This document shows positions 34,956 through 46,724 of a stretch of DNA of 64,000 bases, piece by piece; position 1 is the stretch's first letter; each line of letters starts with the position of its first letter. The translations under genes and the position numbers were made by a program. The notes below the pieces were generated by a model. It did not search any database. It worked only from the letters and a program-made list of their open reading frames with translations, and was not told where the DNA came from. Source of the stretch: Mobula birostris (lineage: Eukaryota); the NCBI RefSeq assembly GCF_030028105.1, contig NC_092395.1, forward strand, positions 42,932,459 through 42,996,458, given 5' to 3'.

Positions 34956-37729
34956 AGTGATGTTATCCAAATTGAACTCTATTTGACATTCTTCATCTCA
35001 CATCCCCAGCTGATCAAGCTGCACCTGTAATTATTAATGATCTTCTTCATTATTTAGTATTAATCATGTCTTGTATGTTTTTATTCAAGATGACAAACAT
35101 TAATTGGTCCAGCACCATCCCTCGAGGCACAACATTAATCATAAGAAACCAGACCAAGAAACTATCCTGAAATATCCTGTGAGTGCCCATGGTCAATATG
35201 GGTCATTATACAGTTCTCCCATTCTCAGCTGTGTTTGTTGCACATCAAGCAAACCTTCACGAGTGCAATGCCGAGAATGGGTCAAAGTTCAATGCTCTGA
35301 ACAAGTTCATGCATCGACATTACTTCTTGGATGTTGCTCAAACGAGATCAAATTCTCTCAATGAAAGAATTCTACCTTTGACGTTGGGAACAGGAAGTGT
35401 GGCTGCCCTTTTCCGGGTGACCTTGTTTTGGTCCAACATTTCATCTCTGAACATGGATACGCTATGGTTTCCAAAACCTGGTCTCAACACTGTCATTTTT
35501 CAGACAAGGCCAGGATTAGCTGTTAATTCTAATAAGGGCCAACAGGGAGTAGCTGAAGAGAATAAGGGAATTTTCCACCTCTGCTCAAAGTTAAACCATT
35601 CAGCTTTAATCTTTGTGTGCTGCAATTTTCCCTCTTTCTCTGAGAGCATCAGGAGCATCAGTCTCACTGACCCAGTGACCCTTCTTCCCATGGGAATCCA
35701 GACAGTGAGTGTGGCAGACAAGAGCAAGTGAACCCATTTGGCCCAGTGCTGCCCTCCTCACACAGCCAGCAATCAGGGTCACCGACAGAGAGCGGGAGTG
35801 TGGACATGCTGGCTGAGCTTTAACTTGTAATCTGAAGCAGGGACGCTGGTTGTAGTTACTGCAATCTCCGGGGAAGATCAATTGAACCATTTTGGAAAGG
35901 TAGCATGACACGGACCTTATTGGTCTGTACATCTCATTGAATGATTATTGCATAGACATATTTTGTTATGTAAGTCTATCCACTCAGTGATGGCTGTCAT
36001 CAATGACATACATCTCCCTCGAATCCATTACCCTATTTATTGCATTCAGTTCTGGTCATCCCAATATGGGAAGAATGGGGAGGCTTTAGAGAGGTAACAG
36101 AAGAGGTTTACCAGGATGCTGCATAAAGTTGACGGCAGGTGGGATAAGGAGCGACTGGATAAATCGGGTATATTTTCCCATGGTGAAAGTGTCTGATACT
36201 CGAGGGCATTCATTTAAGTTGAGGGGGCTAAGTTGAATGGAGATTTGCAGTGCATATGCTTCCACAAAGAATGGTGAATGCCTAGAATGTCCTGCCAGAG
36301 TTGGTAGTGGAGGCAAATATGTATTAGTTTTGTTCCTTTCCTATCTTAACAGAATCAAAATATCTCCGTACTTTTTCTGCTTGGGATACTATGGATTCAG
36401 AGATTAATGACCAGGGTTTGCATTATACAGTGGATGATCATTAATGAATGTCAATGATGCATTGTGCTCAGCTTCATTTAGGAGATTTGCCCCACTGGAG
36501 TTAATTATTTCATTACCTTCCACCAGTCTCTGACATCCTGAATGTCCTTGCAGCACAAAATTGCTTTACGATCGGCCACTTTAATCCTTTAAATATCTTT
36601 CCTCCAAAAGGAGGAAATCAAGGGGCTGAAACCAAATTATAGACTCCACCAGGAACTGGTTTTCAGAATTTTCCTTTTTGTAATCAAATAGAGATGTAGT
36701 CAGTCAAAACATATACCAAGCTTCAGAAGGAACTTTTGGAATATCAAAGCATAGGACTTATAAAAAAATACAGAGGCAGGGGGATGAAGCGAATGACAAG
36801 AAATTTATGTGAGAATTATGAAAAATTGGATGTTTTGATAACAAGACGGTTGGGGGCATGGAAAATATACTGAAGAATTACAAGTGGAAAGCTAAAAGAA
36901 GAGACAGAGAAATAGGGATAGAGGCACATGACACAAATCATGAGAATTTTAAATTGGACACAAGGTATCAAATTAGGGCAAGTAGAGATGGATAATCGAT
37001 CAATGGATCCTGATGGTGTTTCTCAATTGTATCAATGAAAGTGATGTATATATTGCTGGCAAGGACAAAATTTGTTGCCCTTCTTCATTAGGAGAAGGCA
37101 TTCCTGATGGGCTGCCTTCTCAACTGTCCAAAATTTGTGTTATGTATGTACAGTACTTCTGCAGTGACATTGGGCTGGAGGTTCCAGTATCCATAGCAGA
37201 GACAACAAAGAAACTATTCAGGATAATGAGTGACATTGGGGTGAGGAAGTGGAATCCAGCTCATCTTGTTCCCAAGTGCTGGTTTCTCTTGACCTTTGTG
37301 ATGGTGCAAGTCATTTGTGTTAATGATGCTGCTGAAGAAGCCTTGCAGTGAATCTCGATTCCCCCCTCATCCAGATGGATTCCATCCAGGCTCAGACACT
37401 GTAACATGCTGTATTTCACTAACTGCAGTGCCATTGATATTATAATCAGCTGTGTAATCTATCCTTCAGCAGTTTTCTCCAGAGAGGGTAGAATAAATCT
37501 GCTGTTATTCCTCAGCCTCACTGACTCTCCAATTGTTATTCCCCAATTGGTCAGGTCATAGTTTGGACTGCAACTGCTTTTGGCAAAATAGCATAGAATA
37601 AAACTGAACTCAACGGTCCCAGGACTGGCCAAGTTCTGCCTTATTCCCATTTACTTCCTACCGAAGCAGTGGACCATGCATTGGGAGAATAGACACTAGG
37701 ATGCTTAGATAGCCTGAGAGACATATCAG

Positions 37730-37990
37730 ACAATGTTGTTATCTCACAGCTTCGGTGACCTGGATTCGGTTCTGAGTTTGTCCATGTGAAATTCATATGT
37801 TCTCTCTGGGACCATTGAGTTTCCCACTGATATTCTGTTTTCCTTGTACAGTGCAGATATGTTACTGTAAATTGTACCTTATTGCAATGAAGCAACAAAA
37901 GAATCAAAGGATGTTTGATGGCATGTGTGAGTAAAATGGAACCGGCATCAATGGGGTTACTCTGTTGGGAGCTTTTATGGACCTAATGGG
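37730..37990 (+). repeat. Degraded tRNA-derived SINE (HE1-like)
   Basis: CTCACAGC..GACCTGGATTCGGTT B-box-like head and a CR1-type 3' tail GGGCTGAATGGCCT. Confidence 0.55.
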
Positions 37991-39114
37991 CTGAATGGCC
38001 TCGTTAGGTGCTTACCTAAATAACAATTCCACAGTTTATGCTGTAATATTTGATTACTGACATCTTTCCAGTATAAAATTATGACAAATGATGATTATTT
38101 TCCTCCTGTAGAGGTGCGGAGATATCACGAACTGAGACGAAGTTAGTGTGAGATTTCTCTGATGGGATTCATGGGTCTTGAACATTGCATCATAGTTATT
38201 TAGTAAATATGTTTTTTTTTCCCCCCAGGAACCTCAGGCTGCAATGTCTGTGTTGTGGGAGATCAAACCTGTGATCCCGCTCAACACAATAAATGACCGA
38301 GCACTCAGAAAGGAAAACCCTTCCTCCAGGCAATGATGCTGCCTGACTTGGATTCACTATTGTAGATATTCAATCAACTGGACAGCTCCTGACATACCCA
38401 CTAAAGATGGAGTCAGCTGATTCTTTTCTGCTGATGGAAGGAAGATTCTACCTGCTACTGCCAATTAGATCTGAGCTGGCACTGAGCTGCCTATCTACAG
38501 AACAAAGATAGAATGGATCAGAATGGTGCAAGGGTGGTTATATTGAAGTGAGGTCCAGTGTTGCTCAGTAAGGTGAGTTATTAGAGTCAGTGATATGTCA
38601 TGATTGCAAATAGGTAGATTTTCTTATGCACATTGACTAAGGAGAGGAAGTAGATTGCTCAGCCCTTTGAACCTGCTCTGCCATTCAATCACATTATGGT
38701 TGATCTTGCTGTAACCTTAAAGCCCCATTACTCCATGTTCCAATAACTTTTCACCCTCTTACTGATTTTACAATGTGATTTGAATCTGTTTCCACAGCTT
38801 TCTGAGAAAATGAGATCCCAAGGTTTGTGATTCTCTGAGAGAGAAGCAACCATTGATTCACATCTGTCCTAAATAGCCAGAACCTGAATTTTAAACATGA
38901 ACACCATGTTGTAGATGCTCCTACATGAGGAAACATCCTGTCCATAGCCACTCTGCAGAGATCCCTCCAGAGACAATGATCCAATTAGTTTCCCTCTCAG
39001 CCTTCAAAATTCCAGTGGATACAGGCCTCACTTTCCCTCACAAGATGACCTATACATCAGTGTAGTGAATCTAGTAAAAGAGGATAAATGAGAGGGAAAT
39101 GTCTGTTCCTGCTT

Positions 39115-39260
39115 CTTGCTAGTTGGCTGATGGTGCAGTGGCATCTGTACCAGACTTCAAGGTGAGTCGTCTCTAGTTTGAATCCATCTGGCCCCTTGTT
39201 CACTTTACATCCGTGCTGCATTGAGCGTCGAGCTACCAACTTGGCCTCATTAAAAACAGG
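39115..39260 (+). repeat. tRNA-headed SINE fragment
   Basis: A-box-like TGGTGCAGTGG and B-box-like GTTTGAATCC about 45 nt apart. Confidence 0.5.
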
Positions 39261-39439
39261 CACGTGGTGAAGAAACTGCAAAGAGTATTTTCAGTACAGC
39301 AGATGATATCTCACCAGTACTTCTTTCAACAGAAACACAGATTGCTGTATTCAGATAAGCTACCTGGATCTGATAGATAAGACACCTGGACCAGATTGAC
39401 TGCAACCCAGGTTTCAGAAAGACGTAGTTGATAAGATTA

Positions 39440-41450
39440 TTGAGTTGAGGCATTAGTAGTGATCCTTCAAGAATCATTAGATTATGTAATATTTTTGGAA
39501 GAGCAGAAAATTATAAATGTTACTCCACTCCTTAAGAAGGGAAGAATGCAAAAAACAGGAAATTATAGGCCAGTTAGTCTGACTTCAGAGGTTGGCAAAA
39601 TGTTACAATCCATTATTAAAAATGAGTTTTGGGTGCTTGGAGACACTTGATAAAATAGGCGAAAGTCAGCATGGTTTTCTGAAAGGGAATTCTTGCCTGT
39701 GAAATCTGTTTGAATTCTTTGAGGAAATAACAGGTAGGATGGAGAAAAGAGAGTTAGGGTAAGTTTTTTTACTTGGATTTTCAGAAGCGTTTAAGGAGGT
39801 GCCACACATGACGCTGATAAACAAGATAAGATCCCATATTATTACAGGACAGATACTAGCATGGACAGTAGATTGGTTGACTGGCAGGAGACAAAGAGGG
39901 AGAATAAAGGGGACCTTTGGTGATTGCTGGTGACTAGTGGTGTTCCACAGCAATCAATGTTGGGACCACATCTTTTCACATTATATGTCAATGGTTTAGA
40001 TGATGAAATTGATAGATTTATAGCCAAGTTTGTGGATGATACAAAGATAGGTGGAGCGGCAGGTAGTGTTGAGGATGCAGATAGTATAGAGAAGGACTTG
40101 GACAGATTAATTAAGAAAATGGGCAAAGAAGTGACAGATGGAATACAGTTTAGGGACATATATGGTCATACACTTCTGTCGACTATTTTCTTAATGGGGA
40201 ACAATTTTAGAAATTAAACATGCAAAGAAACCTGGGAGTCTCAGAGCAGGAATCCCAAAAGATTAAGTTGTAGGTTTCGAGTACAGGAGCAGGGAGGTAC
40301 TACTGCAGTTGTACAAGGCCTTGGTGAGACCACACGTGGAGTATTGTGTGCAGTTTTGGTCCCCTAATCTGAGGAAAGACATCCTTGCCATAGAGGGAGT
40401 ACAAAGAAGGTTCACCAGATTGATTCCTGGGATGGCAGGACTTTCATATGAAGAAAGACTGGATGAACTGGGCTTGTACTCGTTGGAATTTAGAAGATTG
40501 AGGGGGGATCTGATTGAAACATATAAGATCCTAAAGGGATTGGACAGGCTAGATGCAGGAAGATTGTTCGCGATGTTGGGTAAGTCCAGAATGAGGGGCC
40601 ACAGTTTGAGGATAGAGGGGAAGCCTTTTAGGACTGAGATTAGGAAAAACTTCTTCACACAGAGAGTGGTGAATCTGTGGAATTCTCTGCCACAGGAAAC
40701 AGTTGAGGCCAGTTCATTGGCTATATTTAAGAGGGAGTTAGATATGGCCCTTGTGGCTACGGGGGTCAGGGGGTATGGAGGGAAGGCTGGGGCGGGGTTC
40801 TGAGTCGGATGATCAGCCATGATCATAATAAATGGCGGTGCAGGCTCGAAGGGCCGAATGGCCTACTCCTGCACCTATTTTCTATGTTTCTATGTTTCTA
40901 TGTAATGCTGGGACTTTATAAGACATTGGTCACACTGCATGAGGAATATTGTGAGCAGTTTGGGGTCCCTTATCTGGAAATTTATATGCTGTCATTGGAG
41001 AGAATGTTCACGAGAATGATCTCTAGAATGAAAGGGTTAAAATACGTGTTGAGTTTGATGGGTCTGGACATGTACTTGCTGGAGTTTTGAGGAATAGGGG
41101 TGGGGGGTGGTGTCGCAATCCCATTGAAACCTGTTGAATATTGAAAAGCTGAGCAGAGTGGATGTGATGAGGATGTTTCCAATAGAGGGAGAATCTGGGA
41201 CCAGAGAGCAGAGCCTCAGATTACAAGGATGTCACTTTAAAACAGAGCTGAGGAATTTTTTTAGCCAGAGAGAGGTGAACATGTGAAATTCATTACCCGA
41301 GACACTGTGGAGTCCATGTTAACGGGTATATTTAAAGCAGAGATTGATAGGTTCTTGATGAATAAGTGCATCGAAGTGTACAGGGAGAAGACAGGCAAAT
41401 GGGGTTGAGAAGGATAATTAATCAACAATGGCAGGGCAGACTCGATGGGC
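39440..41450 (+). mobile_element. Nested CR1 elements: old degraded ORF2 with a younger CR1 3' end (~40280-40903)
   Basis: GNYRPVSLTSEVGK and GVPQQSMLGP..FVDDTK in the old part. Intact MYKALVRPHVEYCVQFWSP ORF followed by (TTCTATGT)n in the young part. Confidence 0.9.
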
Positions 41451-42646
41451 CAAATGATCTAATTCAACTACTATGTCTTCTATAGTTATTGATGAAGCAG
41501 CAGGTGGAATGTACAGCATCAAGAAATGCTGCATTGATATCCTGGGACTGGGATGTTTGATATAGAATAACCACAACATCTTATTCTGGTGAGATATGAT
41601 TCCAGTCACTGCTATGTTTTCCTCATGATATCCATTGATTTTAGTGTTACCAGGACTTGATGGCATGTTTGAGAACAAACGGACACTAATGGGGTTGCTC
41701 TTTTGGGAGCTGGCATGGTCCCAATGTGCTGAATGGCCTCATGATTTATTTTCATAAATTCCACTATAAGACCATAGGACAGAGGAGCAGACACCGGCCA
41801 TTCGGCTCATTGAGTCGGTAGCACTATTCGATCGTTGCTGATTTGTTATCCCTCTCAAACCCATTCTTCTGCCTCCTCCCTGTAACCTTTGACACGTTTT
41901 CTAATCAAGAAAATATCAACCTCCATTTTATGTAGCGGGCTGTTCGGGAGGGAAAGAATGGATCAAAGTAGGAACGGGGTTCGGGAAATAAATGCGATAG
42001 CGCTGTAAATGGAGATAGTTTGAGAGTTCAGCCTAGGAAGCATTTGTTGGGGGTAGGAAGGAGAAGAGAGAGGACGAGAGTGCGGCTGAGGCAGTAGGGG
42101 AAGGGGGATCAGGAACTAATGTGAAACAAATCCTTAACTATTCTGTCTCTGGACTCTTGCATCCGCACACTATCACCCAAAAGATAGTCGAGGAACAGGT
42201 TTAAACTTCTGACTGGGCAATTTTCATCCCTTGTGACCCAACCATTTCAGATAACCAGACTTTCTAGTTTGTGTCAATATTGGTCTCTTCTGACGAAGCC
42301 TCATTAGCTCAGAACATAACTACAATTTATTCCTCTCTCCGCCAATGCTGCCCAGGAGCCTGGAAATTTGCAGCCCCGATTATGTTCATTTCCTGTATTA
42401 ACTTTCCCAAAGCCAACTGTTTCGTTCTGATTTTACACCGCAGCCTTACAGTCAACCCATCACCCTATCCCCGATTCTCAACAATGGAACTTCCTTCCCA
42501 AGCTGCCGCACAGATTTCCTAAACTTCACCATGCCAGGTCACGAACCAGAGCCGACAGACGAATCAACTCCCTCTTCCCTCCTCCCACACAGTGTCACGA
42601 AAGATGACGAAACGCACACACTGGAATCGTTCCTGCACTGATCATA

Positions 42647-42709
42647 TTTATTGGTAATTAATTATCGTCAGTTAGTCTAATTACGAGAAGGAATCACAAA
42701 ACATTTATT
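42647..42709 (-). terminator. Polyadenylation signals of IgL cluster 2
   Basis: TTTATT at 42647-42652 and 42704-42709, orthologous to cluster 1. Confidence 0.7.
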
Positions 42710-42990
42710 AATCATTCTAATTAATCCAAACCCAGTTTCAGAGAAAACCAAATATCGCCTGAAATTTCCAGAAGACAAGTAACTGTCCGCTTTAACACCG
42801 TGTAGCCTCTCAGCAGGAAAAAGAACATAATCAGCCTCGGGTACAAATATTCCAACATCAAAGTGGAAACTACAGAGAGCGGAACAGAAGGGAAGTACCG
42901 GGAAGAGCGAGTGAGAGTGGTAGAGATGAAAGATACAAGGCCATGATCACCCGTTAATCGGGAACAAACAAGGCCGAAGCCGCGCTCTGT

Positions 42991-43313
42991 TTAACAGCTG
43001 GATTGTGTGACTGTTGCGGATATTGTCGAGGCTGCTCCTTGTTGAACTGAGCAGGAGTACCTCTTCCCACTGCTCCAGTCTGCGCCGGGCACCGTCAGGT
43101 AGCTGCTGAGACTGAAGGTTTTGTCCGCGTTCTGAGTCACTCCGCTGGTTTGCACCTCACTGCTCGTCGGACGGTCGTTCACTGTCCAGCTGACGACAGG
43201 GAATCCGATCGACAATTTACTGACCAGGCAAACTAAGGTGCCCGATCCTTTAGCGGAGATCTCCTCGGCTGACGGCCCAAGTAGTTTCACTGACGGGTCT
43301 GGGAGCTGCCGAT
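42991..43313 (-). CDS. Constant exon, cluster 2
   Basis: Acceptor ttcccgttgcag|. (D)RQLPDPSVKLLGPS...QSSC*. Confidence 0.96.
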
Positions 43314-44949
43314 CTGCAACGGGAACAAGAAATAACGTGTTTCAAGTCGCAGAGGAGCTCTCGTCATTTCACAGTTTGACAGAAGCGTAATTAAGTTTTC
43401 AACTTCATTGAGTTGAGCCCAGAGTCTCACCGAGGGACAAGACAGTGCCCATGGAGGACGGTGCATGAAGGTCAACACGGAAAATCTAGAAATCTACTGT
43501 AACCGGTGAGGCTGTTGGTCTTTGAGTCATTCCCGGAGTTGAGAGACACACTGGCATCAAAGCGCCCCAGAGTAGTTTAATGTGCCCACTCTCGATGCCA
43601 TCAGTGACACATTCCTCCTCTTCCCTCCGGTCCGCCCACCCATCATTAATGAGAATATATATGTTACAATCTGCTCTGCCCCAGTGGGCGAGGGCACTAA
43701 ATGCGCGGTCCTGAGCTCCATGGAGCGGGTCAGGGTAAGACCGCTCTGTGACCTGTGATAATGTCGAACGATTCGGCTCCCACTCACATGGGGGACGGGA
43801 GGCTGGATTCTCCGCAGAATCTGAGCACTGGCCACAGTCGGTGTAGTGACCGGGATCGATGAGCAACGGTTCCTGGGAAGGAGCAGCTCTCACGTGAATC
43901 GGTGGCAGGAGAGAGAAGGCAAGGACTGGGCAGTGGGAGAGGGTCTTTTAAGGGATGGGTGCTGGAGGAGAGTTCCGCCCTCACTGGGAGGGCAGGACGT
44001 TTCGCTGGAAAATTCGAATTAATAACTTGAAACTTGTTGTTCTGCTGTGTTTGCAACTATGGGCTGTCTTCAGCCGGCAGTGCCCTATCCCCACGGACAA
44101 CTTTGGCCCCACTTTAGGAAGATGGATCCCTTCACGTTCGTTCCAATTAAACCAACACAAAAACAGACAAACTAAAACTAGGGCAGAAGTAAAACGAATG
44201 AACAGAAAGTTTGTCCGAATCATGGTTTGTCAGAAAACACAACCGGGAAGAGTAATGCTTCATTAGAGTACGGAAACAATTCTCCGAACCCAACTCTATC
44301 GATTAAAACTGACACTGCTCGCGAACACGATTAGACTGTAAATCAACACTTTCATTGTAAAATTCGCTAGGTAATTATAACGTATAACTTGTTAATTGAC
44401 GGGTGACCGTACTTATGGCGTGGTCGCCGCAGGAGATGTTTATCGGACACTTACCTGTAACAAAGAACTTGGTCCCTTGGCCGAACACGAATGAGTAGCT
44501 ACCACCCGCGTAAAACCACTTTCCGCAGTAATAGACGGCAGCGTCATTCATCTCCACGTTTTTTATGATTAACTGGTAAACGGTGCCGGCGCCGTTGGAT
44601 GTCGATGTGAAACGGTCGCTGCTAAACCCAGGCCCGTAGGTCGGGGCGCTGAGCGAGTGATGGTAGTACAGGATCCATTGTGGAACTGTTCCCGGTGTCT
44701 GCTTGTACCAACCTACATAATAGCCATCCTTTGTTCCGACGTTACAACTCAGCGTGGCCGTGGCTCCTGGACTCACCGACACGGTCGGAGGCTGAGTCAG
44801 AGTCTGGGACTCTCCAGCTGTGAAAAATCAGAAATTCAACTTTAACCATTGACTCTTTAATGTGACCCCAAGACCCACCTCAGCAACCAGTGACAGTACT
44901 TACAGCCCAGCCACACTGCTAGAGACCAGAAAAAGCACAGCGTCCGCAT
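42991..44949 (-). CDS. Intact germline-joined sigma-type Ig light-chain gene, cluster 2; join(44904-44949, 44455-44817, 42991-43313), 243 aa
   Basis: 46+363+323 = 732 nt, all introns GT-AG. Leader MRTLCFFWSLAVWLG, V with C/W/YYC, J FGQGTKFFVT, C ending QSSC*. CDR2/FR3 (WILYYHHSLSAPTYGPGFSSDRFTS) resembles teleost L2 / amphibian sigma. Confidence 0.93.
44455..44817 (-). CDS. Joined VJ exon, cluster 2
   Basis: Acceptor tttttcacag| and donor ACAG|gtaagt. YYCGKWFYAGGSYSFVFGQGTKFFVT with no RSS. Confidence 0.96.
44904..44949 (-). CDS. Leader exon, cluster 2
   Basis: 46-nt phase-1 exon, hydrophobic peptide, gtaagt donor, 86-nt intron. Confidence 0.93.
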
Positions 44950-45028
44950 CGTTACTGCCCGTCAGCTTCCTGCCTCCTGTCTGTAGGTGGATCTGTGACT
45001 GACTGGCCGCCGCTGCCAATGGAGCCCA

Positions 45029-45069
45029 GTTATAGAGCCATTCACACCGGGGAGGAAATCGATGCAAAT
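45029..45069 (-). promoter_or_regulatory. IgL promoter, cluster 2: octamer ATTTGCAT, PU-box, TATA-like motif
   Basis: ATGCAAAT at 45062-45069, GAGGAA at 45052-45057, CTATAA (minus strand) at 45030-45035. The octamer is ~113 nt upstream of the ATG. Confidence 0.88.
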
Positions 45070-45304
45070 CAGAGTGACTGACACTGACCAACCAGAGCGG
45101 GGTTCGGAAACCCTCCCATATACTGTCACATACCATCGGGTTGAGGCGGCGACATTGTTCGCAACTGACTGATCTGTTAAAAACAATTTGCGAATGAAAA
45201 AGTGATTCATTAACATTTCCCAAACTATGCCTTCATTTCCCTGATTCCTTCCTTCAGTAACAGATGCCCCTCACACCTCCAGTGACAACAGGACAGGACT
45301 GTGC

Positions 45305-45430
45305 AAGCTGTTGAAGGGTCTCGGCCCGAAACGTTGCCAGTACTGTTTTCCATAGATGCTGCCAGGCCTGTTGGGTTCCTCCAGCATTTCGCGTGTGTTG
45401 CTTGGATTTCCAGCATCTGCGGATCTTATC
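45305..45430 (+). repeat. Penelope-derived short repeat arm with near-consensus hammerhead core
   Basis: CTGTTGA-A-GGGTCTCGGCCC-GAAA-CGTT at 45308-45335. Confidence 0.75.
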
Positions 45431-46724
45431 TGGTTTGTGATAGAGCAGTGCAGGCTTCCTGTTCCCACATCAGTCATTCAGTCATGGAGTTCAAACCCAG
45501 TTTGGCAGTTTGAGGGGTTGAATTCGTTCTAACTGTCGGGATTTAGATCAGTGCGGAAAGTATTGACTATGAATGTAAGAATTGAAAGGTTTATTCTTGT
45601 AAATGTTTTTTTCAGTATGAGTAACGTTTATTTTAATGTGAAATCTAACTTGTGCGACCCCAGTTTAGCGCTACTGGAGCGGGAGAAGCCGGACTGGGTG
45701 TGAAAGCCCCTCAATTATTGTAGCAGTGTATCACCGAGGGGGCCCCGTGAGTGGCAACAGCCCTATTAGCTTTAAGGAATGGAAAGGACAGTACTGAAAA
45801 CATTGGCCATGAATGTAAGAATGAAATGACATTACATTTAATTTTTGTAAATACTTTTTATTATGAATAAAGTTGATTTTGATGTAAAATAACCTGTCTG
45901 ACAGACTGCGCCGGGCCGGTATATCCCAATTACGGAGAGAGTACCTGGACCCTGGACAACGGGAAGTAGGGACAATTGGCGTTGCTCTGGTATTTGTCAA
46001 GGCTCGACAAAACTGGAACAAGAGGAACGAAGTAAAGTGCCATCACAATGAAACTCTAATTAGCGGGAACGTGCATATTTACGAGCACGATTGTCGAACC
46101 TGTTCCGCAGCCCGCCTTTGAGGACGCGCAGTCCCTGCGTCAGAGCCCGTGGTTGTGACATGTACTACCGAAAGGCCACAGGCAGCACAGCCTCCCGGAA
46201 TTTGCTGTCCTCCGTCCCCAGGCGACAGCGAGCGGGAGAGTCAGGACCAAACAATGGCCTGGAGGAGCTGACTGGCTCCATCCATTCTTTCGTATCAAAT
46301 AAAAATGTCAGAACCGATAGTTTACGATACACGGCTTCGAGGGACCTGCTGGAAATGCACAATGCTATGCTTCTAACTGGCGCTTGGCAGACTCCATGAA
46401 AACGGGTATTCACCTTTTTTTTAATATAAAAAAAGGGCATCCAGAGCTTTATAGCTGACCTGCTAGAAAATTCTACTTTCAAACTTTTCACGTTTAAACA
46501 CTGATCAAAAGCGAAATACAGCAGAAACAATTCTGATGGTGTCCGCTGGAGAGAGAAACAGGGTTCCAATATCTGACTCTCATCAGAGACAATGATATCT
46601 TTTATTATATTTCGAAGGTCAGTTGCGTTTCAGCTATCAATCAGTCTTTTCATTTGAAACAGCGTAGTATGGTGTTCATATCTACCCAATGGGAACTGAT
46701 TTCTAAACGGAGCTTTCTGATGAA

